From positions 310,001 through 374,000 of the forward strand of contig JBLDXI010000021.1 of assembly GCA_047495785.1 (NCBI GenBank): a stretch of 64,000 nt of DNA, written 5' to 3'. The notes below the pieces were generated by a model that saw nothing but the letters and a program-made list of their open reading frames with translations, was not told where the DNA came from and did not search any database. This document shows, piece after piece, positions 1 to 12,648 of this stretch. Source of the DNA: Lepidodermella squamata (Eukaryota > Animalia > Gastrotricha). Every line of letters begins with the position of its first letter. Position 1 is the first letter of the stretch. The position numbers and the translations under genes are program-made.

Positions 1-885
1 TTTTGCAATGAATTGATGACCTTCGCTAAATGCCCATATGATTTGGCTGGCTATGACCGTAATGCGATTTACGAAGCGGATGCGCCGCCGATTGATGTTG
101 ATGCCGAGCCAGAAGTGGAACCAGCTCATTTAGTCGACTTACTCGGCTCACCTGAATTCAATCCAAACCAAGGTGTTCGCTCGTCTTTCGCTGAAATTCC
201 AACATCATCGTCATCGATATCTGTTCCCCCAGCTCCCCGACTTCCGCTTCCATCATCGACCGAAGCTTATACCATCGAAATAAGCAGTGATTCAAGCAGT
301 GAATCCGAGTCTGAAGATTCATGGGTCGATGTTGATACAATCCAACGCGCTGGCGTTGTCTCTCAACAACCATCCGTCACCATAGTCCCTTCTGAAACCA
401 GCCGCAACTCGATGGGAAACGATGACGACGAAACGTTGTCTTCAGCAGGTTCGGATTGTTTAATTGTTGGCTTTGATAAACCGTGGGAGCAACGAACACC
501 GGTTCATTTAACGTCTGAATCAGATGACGAGAGAGCTCAAGCTAGCGGACTCGTTTCAGAAGTCCGTGAATCAGAAAACGTCGTTGATATGCGGAAGAGG
601 CAGAGGGAGACTGAGGCAATTTCTTGTTCGAGCGATGAAGACCAATCGCCATCTCCATCTGCTTTAGCTGCTCGGGGTAAAAGGTGGTCACCTCGAGCGT
701 TGTTAGCCGCAGCTTCCGGCGCATCTCGCTCTTCTTTCTTTCCCCCTCTTTTGACTGCCGATATGCAAAGCGACCCGGATGGCAGTTCGTCGTCCATGCG
801 TGACGCTTCTACCGATTCGGGAAATGAAGATAGAGGTCAGGTTAAAACAAATAGCCATCGACGGAAAAGTCAAAGGCTCGCCTGA
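1..885 (+). CDS. TOPORS: E3 ubiquitin/SUMO ligase Topors-like, C-terminal part (5' end outside window)
   Basis: Frame open from base 1. 'ELMTFAKCPYDLAGYDRNAIY' and 'SDCLIVGFDKPWEQRTPVHLTSESDDE' match recalled Topors motifs (HEFxSFARSPFNMxAFD; DCVIVGFVKPLAERTPELVELSSDSE). Ser/acid-rich. RING domain not in window. Confidence 0.75.
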   Translation, partial: FCNELMTFAKCPYDLAGYDRNAIYEADAPPIDVDAEPEVEPAHLVDLLGSPEFNPNQGVRSSFAEIPTSSSSISVPPAPRLPLPSSTEAYTIEISSDSSSESESEDSWVDVDTIQRAGVVSQQPSVTIVPSETSRNSMGNDDDETLSSAGSDCLIVGFDKPWEQRTPVHLTSESDDERAQASGLVSEVRESENVVDMRKRQRETEAISCSSDEDQSPSPSALAARGKRWSPRALLAAASGASRSSFFPPLLTADMQSDPDGSSSSMRDASTDSGNEDRGQVKTNSHRRKSQRLA

Positions 886-1083
886 GATCTTGGTCCTTTT
901 TTATGATATAAATCGACAAGCAAATAAGAGATAAGTATTGTAAAAAGAAAAAAAGATACGCGACTCTTTCTCACTTCTCATAAAATTTGAATAAATTGCC
1001 TTATTAAACTGGTTTGGCACCCTCTTGTTTTATAGGTTTTTAATAACCAAAGCTTCAATCTGTCGCCGAATACGGAGGACGAA

Positions 1084-2034
1084 ATGAGTAGCTCAGAAGA
1101 AGTTTCATGGATATCGTGGTTTTGCGGGCTTCGCGGCAACGAATTTTTCTGCGAAGTCGACGAAGATTACATTCAGGACAAGTTCAACCTTACGGGGCTG
1201 AACGAACAAGTGCCTCATTACCGCCAGGCGCTGGACATGATTCTCGACCTCGAACCTGAGGACGATTACGAGGACAACCCGGCTCAGTCTGACCTGATTG
1301 AGCAAGCTGCTGAGATGCTGTACGGGCTCATTCACGCGCGTTACATCGTGACGAACCGAGGAATCGCTCAAATGGTGGAGAAATGGACGAATGGCGACTT
1401 CGGTTTTTGCCCTCGTGTCTACTGTGAAAATCAGCAGGTGCTTCCAATCGGATTGTCTGACGTACCTGGTGAAATGATGGTTGGTTTTATTTCTCATAAT
1501 TCGCCTAATATTTTTCGAATTTTTCAAAATCACTGAAATACCAAAAACTGAGAGAGCTGATTTTCTCGTTTTTATTCCGGAATTTTTTTGTCTATTTAGG
1601 TGAAGCTGTATTGCCCTCGGTGCATGGACATTTTCAACCCGAAATCGAGCCGGCACCAGCACATCGACGGCGCGTATTTCGGGACGGGATTCCCTCATAT
1701 GCTCTTTTTCGTCCACCCGGAGTACCGCCCGAAACGCCCCACTCAACAATTCGTGCCTCGCCTCTACGGCTTCAAGATCCACCCGGTGGCCTACCAGTTG
1801 CAGTACCAGGCCGCTGCCAACTTCAAATTCCCAGTCAGAGCGTTGTACCCCGCCGGGGCGAGCGGTAACGCGGGTACCTCGGTAGCCGGTGGCAACGGCG
1901 GCCCAGCAGCCAGTGCTTCGACAGGAGCCGGAGCAGCGGCAGCGGGCCCAGTCGACCCTATCGCAGCGACCCGTCGAATGGTAGACGGCGCGGGGGCACC
2001 CTTCGCTTCCACCAACGACAGGCCGTCTCGCTAA
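1084..2034 (+). CDS. CSNK2B: Casein kinase II regulatory subunit beta; exons 1084-1479, 1600-2034
   Basis: [36 protein letters not shown] is essentially the canonical N-terminus. Zinc-finger CPRVYC...YCPRC joined across a GT-AG intron at 1480-1599; [14 protein letters not shown] motif. Confidence 0.97.
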
Positions 2035-2587
2035 CGAAAAACTTCGTTCAGATTTTCTTAATAAAAGTAATAATTAATAATAATAATTAACCGCCCTCCT
2101 CTCTTCTCGCTCGAATGCAAGTAACCGCCAGGTGAAAAGTTGAAGAAAACGTAATGATAGCGAATAATATCCGTGGTAGCGTTGTTTTTCTGGCGTGGTT
2201 GTTTTATGCTCTCTGTGAACAAAAATCTATGAGCGTTATATTGTTCGCGCGTCTCTACGGAAACAATCTATGTCTACAATATATGTAAAAATATATATTC
2301 TCGAAAAATTAATAATTACTACTGGTCGATACTAAATATCTGTAATGTGTGTGTTCGCGTTGATTTCGTGTCAGCTCGGTCGGTGCCGCCATTTAACAGG
2401 GCGCCGGATAAACAACAAAATTTTGTGTAGCCACTTCACAGCACTTTTATTAACGTTTTCTGTAGCCGCTTCTTTCGTTGTGTCGTCGTCGTCGTCGTGA
2501 TGTATAAAAACAGCAGCAACAATATATATTAAAACAATTGAGTTTCTACATGAACAATTTAATTTGCTTTCTTAGACAATTCAACAC

Positions 2588-5500
2588 ATGAAAAAAATGA
2601 TTACAATACGCGCGATTTTCGTGTTGTTACTCGTCGTCGCCGGGTCTAATGCTGATTTCAGCCGAAAATACATGCACGCCGTCGATCAGATGTTCCGCGG
2701 CGTTTTGTCGTCTTTCCCGTTTCAGAATAATGTTGATAGTCGAATCAGCCAGCGACACGAATTCGGATCTCAAATCAACGATATTTACAACGCTTTTGCT
2801 AAAAATGGAAGATTGGATTTTTCTTCATTAAACCTACCGTCTATGCGGTGTACGATGGACGTTTTGAAGATCGTCACCGCCGCCAGGAGTAGTGACCCAC
2901 CGCGTTGGGCTATTGAATTCGCCGACGCGTTCTTCAAGCCACCAGCCGGACTATTGGACGGCAATCTCAACTGGCTTGGGGCTTTCGACGAATGCGTTCG
3001 AATCAAAGTTAGCGAGAAAAATTTTAACGCCACTGGGAAATATTGCCTGGTCCCTCTTTTTATGGACGACTCGAGTTCCACCTTAAAAGACGCCGTCCCC
3101 GGCTCGACTGAGGGCCTAAATCTCGGAATTTGCATACCGGACTCTTGCGATAAGGATGATGTTGTCAAGATGGTTGAATTCGCTAACAAATTCGTTCATG
3201 CTAACACCCGGTTCAATTCTTCATTTAATGTGATGACTAAACCGGAGAAAATGCGATGCCACGATCCTGAGCTTCCGTACTCGCGGTATTTCATCGCGTG
3301 TATGACGGTTTTCGGCTTTATCATTTTCATGAATATATTTTCAACGGTTTACGACGTGGTTTTGCGGTATTGTGGCCAGCAAGATTTCGATTATTCGCCA
3401 CTTGCCTCGCCGGATACGCCGACGATTTCGCCGGTTCATCTTCAAACCCCGTCGGCTTTGACGACTGAGCGGGAAAATAACAGCGGGGAGAGGCAGAGCC
3501 GTCGGGATAGAGTGCCTCAGATGACACCGATTAACGCAGCTAATTCGAGCATTACGGAGCCTCAGCCGCCGGTTCCAATGAATTTCCCGCCGTTGACTGT
3601 CACCACCTTAAAAAGGTCGACGAAGGGCGATCTAGCCTTATCGTTCTCCTTCATTCGCAATGCAGAGAAGTTGCTAAACACTTCGAATGCGAATGTTTCG
3701 AGGGCTATGGTTAATTTCGGGGCAGTGCATGGAATTCGGTTGATTTCGTTGCTTTGGGTGATCTTGGGCCATTCGTTCATCCTACCAATGGCGACTGTTG
3801 ATAACATCTTACCTGTTCTGAATTTCACGCGCCGATTCGAGTTCCAAGTCGTGAACCAAGCGTTATTGGCCGTTGATACGTTTTTCGTCCTGAGTGGGTT
3901 CCTGCTCGGGTATGTTGCGCTGAGGCAAATGGATAAGTTCGCGCAGACGCTTCGCCAGCAAACGCAGTTGACAACCCGCGCGAGAACCGGTCGGTGGTTC
4001 GGCTTCTTCGGATGTTTCTATGCGCACCGTTACCTGCGCCTGACGCCACTGCTCGCCTTCGTGCTCATCACCTACATGGGCATCGCGCCGTATTTACTCG
4101 ACGGGCCATTGTGGATCCAACAAACGGACGCTAATTGCGTTGACCACTGGTGGACAAACATTCTTTATATCAACAATTTTGTGCATCGCAACGAAGAGTG
4201 CATTGGCTGGACGTGGTACGGAACACATTAAAAACATGAAAGGCATTGTCTCATTTTATCATATTTTTATTTATTATCAGGTATTTGGCAGTCGATACTC
4301 AGTTGTTCATTGTCGCACCTATTCCGCTGTTGTGTTTCTTCTGGCGGCCCTTCCTCGGCTGGCTCAGCGTCGCTGCCTTTGTGATTCTTGCCGCGATCCT
4401 GAATGCGTACATTTCGTTTACGGAAGGCCTAACTGCCGCGCCGTTGTCTGGCTACTACTCGCTGAATATGACCGTTTTCGAGAAGCAATTGCAAGCTTTT
4501 GAAGTGAAATTTTTCGCAGATCTCTACATTCAACCGTGGTGTCGATGCGCCGCGTGGGCCATCGGTCTAGCTCTTGGTTGCTCGCTCAGTCGCATGCCTG
4601 CATCTTTCAGCAACACCAAGCTTCAATCAATTTTATCCCGAAAGGTACAAAATTTGATATTTTTTGCCAGTACCTATTTATGATGGAAAATTATAATTCA
4701 TTTATAAGCAGAAAAACCCGATCGTTTTGGCCACTTGACCCATTTACTCAATTTTCTCACAGTATAACCTGGCCATAAAGCCATAAACTTGGCACTGAGA
4801 GTAGTTTTCACGCACGAGCTACACACTTAGAGCATCTGAAGTTGGGGCTAATTTCATGGTACTGTTGTTTACATACTTTTTTAAATGGTGCAAATAATGA
4901 AATAATACAAGTACTCTAATAAATGTTTATTCTGGCCAACTTTCCCGGGCAGTACATTAACGTCGCAAGAGGGATGCATTTAGTATGCCGTCTCCACCAT
5001 AATTTACTGGGTCATTTTGGATAGTCATGGTTAATTTTACATTTATGAATAATTAGCTGGGCTATATGCGTTGGTATTTTGTGAGAATTTTCCGCTTCAA
5101 AAATAATCAATTTTGCTCCTCTGTGTTCATTGATTTTTCCGCATTGTTTACAGCTGGTTGCAATTTTCGGGTGGACTTTTGCGCTAATTTTCGGCCTCGG
5201 CATTGTTTACGGATTGTGGCCTGTTTACGAAGATTTTTACACGATCCCGCAGTGGCTGAGTTCGTTTTATTGGGCCGGGTCGCGCGTCGCCTGGGGACTC
5301 GTCGTCAGCTGGGTGATTTACGTTTGCGTCTCTGGGGCGTACGGGGCTCGTCCGGTGCGTGCCATTTTGGCCTATCCCGGCTTCGTACCGCTATCTCGCA
5401 TGTCGTACTGTGCCTACTTGATACATCCTATCGTTCTGTCGTGCTTCTTTTTATCTGCACGCAACCCGATTCATTTTAGCGGCCCGTTTTTCGCGTTTTT

Positions 5501-5615
5501 CTACTGCGGCACAATTATGTTGACTTTCCTACTGTCATTCATCATCACAGTCGCGGTTGAAATGCCATTCGCTAATCTCGACAAATTTTTACTGCCCGAG
5601 CGATCGCGCGAGTAA
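2588..5615 (+). CDS. NRF-6-like O-acyltransferase 1 (signal peptide + NRF domain + Acyl_transf_3); exons 2588-4215, 4281-4644, 5154-5615
   Basis: NRF motif 'DAFFKPPAGLLDGNLNWLGAFDEC...GKYC...LGICIPDSC'. AT3 motifs HGIRLISLLWVILGH, AVDTFF, HRYLRLTP, WWTNILYINN, WTWYLAVDTQLF, PLSRMSYCAYLIHP, VEMPF. Splice phases consistent. Confidence 0.9.
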
Positions 5616-6453
5616 CGGAATTGGTCCAAACAAAGACTTCTCAACAATCTGCATGAGTTTTTATCGCATTTATAATGCGTTATCTCGATACTGCTACAAC
5701 TATCTGGTCTTACCTCAATTCCTGGTGTGTAAATTAAAACGTAACTAACGCTAAAAATGGCCTGCTCAAGCAGAGCTTTATTCCTATTTTTCTGAAAAAT
5801 GTGATTTATTTTTCGAACGAATCTTTTTCTTGACACAGACTCTGTATATTTATTTACGAAGTAAAACAATGCTCAAATACGACTATTGTTTAATATAAGT
5901 ATATATTCACATACATATCATTGCAGAATAGCAGTTAAAATGTCTTTTTCCGCCAAAAATAACAGTTTTACTGTATACTTACTCCGTCGAAAAGTGAGTT
6001 GGTTCTCTGGCATATGTTTACGCTGCTGCATTTCATTTATTTTCGCGCGCAGAATCGTGATTGTTTGAAGTTTCTTGTATTTATCTTCGCAGCTTCAGCA
6101 TAAATATGCGTGAAAAAGAGCACTTGAACGCTATCCACCTTAATGAAATCTTGCTTAAATTATTATCATCCAACGCGAATTTTTCTTGCAAGATATTTAA
6201 TTATATCCTACAGGTTTGCTCAAGGGAATGACTTGGGGTAAATTTGACCCTCGGGATATGCGAGCTTAGCGCCTTATTTTTCATTATAAAATTTGCTCAA
6301 ATTACTGTAATCAAAAAATTCGAAAAAGGGGAATTTTGCGACTTTGGCCACCGCAAATTTATATTAATATGGAAAGGTTTTGTCTCTGAAGATTTGCTGT
6401 TTTTCTTAGCGATTGATCATTTAATCATTGCCGCACTGTTTTTAGGAGTTTTT

Positions 6454-8954
6454 ATGTTAATTTTATCGCTGGTTGTAATCGCGGCGTTGGGAGCGGTCCC
6501 AAGCGCCAGCGAGACTCCGCGGGCCTCTTTTTCGCTGCGTTACGAGCAGTTGATAAACACCGTCTATCGGCTCCATTTATCGCCGGATAAAACAATCGCC
6601 ACTCTGCAAGGCCAAGGCGAATACCAGAGCGAAGTTCTGCGCGATTTAGCCAATTTTATGCTTATCCACAACACGCCATACGCATATCTAATCGACTACG
6701 TGACCACAACTTATGGCCATAACTACGAAAGCTGGGCGGACATGACGCCGTGCGAGTCGGATCTTTTCCGACTCCTGTTATCACTTCTTTCGCCGAGTGA
6801 AGAAATTTTACGATTTATTGACGCTCAACCCAAACCACCGGCCGGTATTTTGGATGGAAATATCAACTGGTGGGGGGCGTTCGATGAATGCGTCGCTATT
6901 AACGTGTCAACTGAGGCGGTGAAAACCATTGGAACTTACTGCCTGGTGCCTATTGATGTTGCGGTTAAGCTGGGCCTATGCGTGCCGGCGTCTTGTAAAC
7001 CGAAGGACATCGTAGGACTCGTTGAGGCGGTTAATAAGTTCGCGCACAGCAACAAATATTACAATTTAACAGCGATTAACATCACAACGACCGAAGATAG
7101 CATCATGTGCAATGACCCTGATCTGCCCTACTCGACCTACTTCATAGTCGCATGGGTCGTCGTAGGTATAATTGTCTTCCTTAACGTGCTGTCGACGGGT
7201 TACGACATTGGCAAACGCGTTTATGCGTCGCATTTCAGTTCTAACCTAACAATCAGTGGTAACGTGTTGGAAATTTCAGCCAGCACTAATCTCTTTCTGC
7301 CAAATAACGCGACCTCAACAGCGATAGCCGTTGATGATGAGGCGCCGCTGGTCAGTGATATAGATCGACCGCCGAGTTCAGGCGCGCAATCCAGCTCGAT
7401 TCCGGTTGTATCCAGCCAAAAAAGTTCATCTCATAGTCAAAAAGATGAATTCTTATCATCGTTTTCTTTGCTTCAAAACGGCGCGAAATTGCTCAATGTC
7501 GACGCGCCTGTTTCTCGAGGCCAACACACGCTGCAGGTCCTTCACGGTATCCGCCTTATTTCAATGCTATGGGTCATTTTATCGCACACCCTGCTGTTTG
7601 GCGCATACTCCGGTGTCGATAATATATTAACCCTCCTTAAATTATTCAAAAATTGGGAGTTTCAAGCGATTTTACACGCGTTTTATGCGGTTGATACGTT
7701 CTTGGTTCTCGGCGGGTTTCTACTTGGTTTTCTCACCCTGAGGCAGTTGGATAAGCTGGAAACTATGCCTGGACATCGAGTTGGTAAATATTTCAAGTTT
7801 TTCGCCAAATTTTACGTTCATCGCTGGTTGCGATTGACGCCGACCTATATTCTTCTCCTGCTGGTCTATCTCGGCATTGCGCCCTACGGATTGCATGGCC
7901 CGACCTGGGAACAATACCCTGACCCGATATGCGCGGATAATTTCAACTGGTGGAAAAATATTTTATACGTTCACAATTTGATTGACAAAGGATCACTTTG
8001 CGCGCCCTGGACGTGGTATTTATCGGTTGATTTCCAGCTTTTCTTGATCAGTCCTATCCCATTATTGGCTTTCTATTGGAAACCACTTGCTGGTTGGGCC
8101 GTATCTTTGATAATTGTCCTAGTTTCCGCTGTGAGCAGCGGTCTTATTGCTAACAAGGTAAGGGAGAAATTTGGTTGATTTTTCTGAATCATATTCTCTT
8201 CATTTATTTTCTTAGTACAATTTTGATGGAGCCATATTATCGCCTTTTGTCAACAATTTCAGTGCCCCGGTTGATATTGCCGGCCTTCAAGATGACTTTT
8301 TCGGTGATTATTTTGTTCAGCCGTGGTGTCGAGCCGCACCCTGGGCTATTGGCCTCGCATTTGGCTGCGCCCTTCACCGCATGCCTCCCTCATTTTCTAA
8401 CGCCCGTCTGCAGCACAAAGCAGTTAGAATTGTAAGTCGAAAAGTTTACTTTTATGCCCGTTTATTTTTTCTCCCTTCAATTTCAGATTGTTGGAATTAT
8501 TGGCTGGTCATTTTCCATCACATGTGGTATCCTTTTGATATACGGCATGCAGCCTGTTTATGCTGGAGATTACACGCTATCACCATTTGTTTCCCAGTTA
8601 TACTGGGCAGCTTCGAGAATTGCATGGGGTCTATCGATCACTTGGGTCATTTACGCTTGTATCGCCGGAATTTTCCCTGGAAATATTCTGCGGCATTTCT
8701 TATCATGGAGCGCGTTTGTGCCGCTGTCCAGGCTAACCTATTGCGCCTATTTGTTCCACCCTATCGTGATGTTCTTATATTTCTGGACTATGCGCAGTCC
8801 TTTCCACATTTACGCCATGGAGTTGACGTATCTATTCTTAGCTGGCACTTTCTTAACTTTTGCGGCGGTTTCCGTGATCGCAGTCGGTGTAGAAATGCCT
8901 CTCTCGAATTTGGAACGGCTCATTCTAGACCGGCAGCATCACCACAAAGATTGA
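6454..8954 (+). CDS. NRF-6-like O-acyltransferase 2; exons 6454-8157, 8216-8431, 8487-8954
   Basis: ATG 6454 gives a signal peptide (MLILSLVVIAALGAVPSAS). Same NRF and AT3 motifs (HGIRLISMLWVILSH, AVDTF, HRWLRLTP, WTWYLSVDFQLF, LSRLTYCAYLFHP). Phase-0 introns join in frame. Confidence 0.9.
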
Positions 8955-9211
8955 TTTCATCGATGATCGATATTTCTTCATGTGATTTGTTTATTTTTTA
9001 GTATTAATTCCTCTGACAATTTCTGCTGAGACGCAATTCATGAGCATTCCGCACTTGGGCACGGTGCTTGATTTTTTTATTGATTTTAACTCCAACCGAT
9101 GATTTTATTGCGACGCAGGGTGCACTTCTAACAAAAAGGCGAACAAAGCTTTCAATTTGCTTTTTCCTCTTATAGGATCTTATTTTTTTAATTCATGTCT
9201 TTCAATCGCGA

Positions 9212-10475
9212 ATGAAGCGATATCGTTTTGGGTTGTCTTTGGCTATAGTTTTGCTGAATTTCGCCCTGCTGAGTTTGTTGAGCAGTTCGATATTCGAGTC
9301 AAATGTTGGGAGAATCAAATTTACAGATCGGAAGAAATTGATTTTCTTCGGCTCAAACTTCTTCAGTGGACCATTCAATTTTTCGATGCTTCCTCCTGAA
9401 TGTGGCGTTACGAACAAAATTCACGAGGCTGATGCCGTGATTGTCCATTCGCTAAATCAAGATTTTCTCGGCGGTGCTGTGAACAGCCGAGAGCAACGGC
9501 GGGCGATGAATGTTTCTCAAGACCAAGTTTGGATCATTATGATGTACGAATCTCCGGGCTTCTACAGACTATCAGGGGAGAGCTACAACTGGACAATGAC
9601 CTATCGACGCGATTCTGACGTCTACTCACCGTATGCTGGTCATATTGAGGCGGCGTCGCCTGGGAAAGCCATGGCAGATTTAAGGCCTGATCTCGAAAAA
9701 TTGCGCCCTAATCGAACAGCGCTTTCCATCGCTTGGATGGTGTCGAATTGTCACACTTCAAATCAGCGCATGGAGTACGCAAAAGACCTAGGTCGTCACG
9801 TTCCTGTCACTATCTACGGCGGTTGTGGTAAACCAGGTTGCCACGGCCCTCCGGAAGTTTGTTGGAAACAGTTAGCGGGGAGATATAAATACTACCTGAG
9901 TTTCGAAAACACGAATTGCAAGGATTATATCACCGAGAAATTTATCCAAGCCCTTTATTACGGGATGCTACCAATTGTTTATGGCGGTTCGTCCGTTGAA
10001 GATTATCGCGCCATCGCTCCGCCGCATTCTTACATTGACACGAGAGATTTTTCGTCGCCGAAAGATTTGGCCGAGTATTTGGTTGAGTTGGAAAAGAATC
10101 CGCATTTGTACGAGGCGTATTTTGATTGGCGCAAGACCCACTTGGCTGTAATTGATCCGCCATTCAGCGGGCAGGATATTTTGTGCCAGAAGTTGTGGAA
10201 TCTTGATGCGAATAGGAAAAGTTATACCTCTCAGGTTCGACTGTTCAGTTGTTTTTAAAAAATCAGTAATTTGAGTGCAAAAATACGTTACCTACAAATT
10301 TTGTTTCGAATTTTTTTTTAATTTTTCTTCTATCCAGAAAGTGATTACGTTTGTGTTATAGGAGTTGGCCAATTGGTGGACTAATGGAAGCTGTGTACCG
10401 CCCCATTTCACGCCTTCAAATGGTCAAACCCCATTCAAATTTCCTGAGATCCCTATTGCAAAAATTCCCAATTAG
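9212..10475 (+). CDS. Alpha-(1,3)-fucosyltransferase 1 (GT10); exons 9212-10234, 10362-10475
   Basis: Type II TM at N-terminus; MYESP, YNWTMTYRRDSDV, AWMVSNC, YKYYLSFENTNCKDYITEKF, YEAYFDWR. Last exon ELANWWTNGSC. Confidence 0.92.
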
Positions 10476-10828
10476 TAACAAGGCATAATTTTCTCTCTAT
10501 ATATACATTTTGATCTAGTCTTCTCTGAATCACACGGTGCCGTTGCTCAAAACCACTGCCGAATAATGTTATTTATTTTTCTTTTTGTTTCTAAATATGT
10601 GTTTATATATTGTATAGATCCCCCTGATAACTTGACCTTGTGTTGTAAATACCTGGAAAACACGGTCAAGTTGTTGTTTTAAATTATATATTTGTACAAT
10701 CGAGAGAATATCCGTAATGCAGTGAAAAGTGACCAACAAACTCGGCGTGATTTTCTCCATCGCTCACAACTTGTGTCTCATCCCCGTGTTGTCCGTGCCA
10801 AATTGTGCCTAATACCCGCCCGTCCTCG

Positions 10829-12648
10829 ATGCAGCCGCTGCGCTACCGGTTCAAATGCCTACTGCTTGTCCTTGCCGCCGCCATGTCTTTGGTCATTATT
10901 GTGACGAATACAAACCACCTGCTGGGCTCAAAGCCAGGCCTGAATTCTGGCTCAAATGCTAAAACTGACCTAGATACAACGAACAACGACCCGCCCGATT
11001 TCGCTGAAGTACCAGTGGTTGGCGATGAAAAATCAGATGTGATAAGTGAAGACAACGACGACCGGCCTGATGTTGTGAAATTCATCACACCAGGGCCGCT
11101 GCCGAAAGATGTTAAGGATGATACGCGAAAATTGATCTACTTCGCGTCGCCATTTTTCGGCGGGCCGTTCACTTTTAACGAACTGCCTAAAGAATGTCGC
11201 ACGTCTTCAGACCCGAATGATTTGAAAAAAGCAGACGCTGTGGTGGTTCATGCTCTCGGTGGTTCGCCTATAATGGATATGCATAGCGAGGATGGGCGTA
11301 AAAGAATGGGCGTGCCTGCGAATCAAGTTTGGGTCGGTTTGATGTACGAAAGCCCTGGTATCTACTCGAATTTGCCGGGCATTTACAACTACACGATGAC
11401 CTTTCGACGTGATAGCGACATTTACTCGCCGTATTGCGGTCGGTTTGAACTCGCGAAAAAGGGAAAATCGATCGCGGAGCAGGAGCCTACTTTGGAAAGT
11501 TACCGCACAAAAGGCAACCGGTCTAAACAAGTGGCATGGATGGTTTCGAATTGTCACGCTGCAAATTTTCGTAAGTCATTTTTTTTCGAAAATTGGCACC
11601 AAAGTTGATGAGTCATGTATATGTTGTACGCCTATAGGGGATTTAAGGCTTTAGGGTATGAGCATTATATTTAACCAAAATAATGGCCAAACCGTGATGG
11701 TCACAGTCGATCATCGTATTTCAATCGATTGCTGTAATCAAGGGCTATCGATTGGTATGTAATCGAATTCCACGCGGAACATTTGAAAATCTGTTTTTTG
11801 CCTTCAAAGTTGGAAAAATGCGTATAATATTGCGTATATGCACAATTTGAAGTATATACTTCAAATGGTGCAAAATTTAGATGGCATACGAACTTTTTTA
11901 ATTGGCAATTAAGCCGATCTTTATTAAACCTTTTAAATTCGAATAACCGAAAAAAATTAAGTTTTAAGGAGGATTTTTCGAAAAAATTTTGAATAAACAA
12001 TCATAATAATAAGTGCTCATTGTTTCAGGAATGGACTATGCAAAAGAGCTTGCGAAATACATATCTGTTGATATCTATGGCGCATGTTCGCCGAACGGCC
12101 TGAGTTGTGTTCGTTTCAGCACTGGCAGTTCGGATCGAGGCTGCTGGGAAATGATCGCGAGAGATTACAAGTTTTATCTGAGTTTCGAATCAAGTCACTG
12201 CAAGGACTACATTACGGAGAAATTTTTCACCCCGATGTACTACGGCCTTCTACCTATTGTCTACGGAGCGTCATCAGTCGAAGATTACCGCGCAATGGCG
12301 CCGAAACATTCGTACCTAGACACGCGTGACTTCAAATCTCCGAAAGGTGTGTTTTTTTGAAGTTTTTAACCAGCCTAAAATAAGTGTTTTATTCCTTTAG
12401 AATTGGCGGAATTGTTGTTGAAATTGGACAAATCTCCGAAAGAGTACAACGCTTATTTCGCATGGAGGAAGCGTTACATGGTTCATTACAATCGAACATT
12501 CGTCGGTCAGGATATTCTCTGCTCGAAGTTGTGGAACATTGACAAAAACAGGCACTCTTACACCGAGAAGGAGCTCAACAAATGGTGGCTTGAAGATGGC
12601 AAATGCGTCCCCCCGCCTTGGAAACCGATGGGTGAACCCCATCACTGA
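10829..12648 (+). CDS. Alpha-(1,3)-fucosyltransferase 2 (GT10); exons 10829-11570, 12029-12346, 12401-12648
   Basis: N-terminal TM plus stem; MYESP, YNYTMTFRRDSDI, VAWMVSNC, YKFYLSFESSHCKDYITEKF, YNAYFAWR, LNKWWLEDGKC. Splice phases consistent. Confidence 0.92.

Noticed and set aside
6244-6453. ORF-track N-terminal extension of acyltransferase 2 from a TTG start
   Set aside because: Eukaryotic gene; ATG 6454 follows an acceptor and gives a proper signal peptide like its paralogs.
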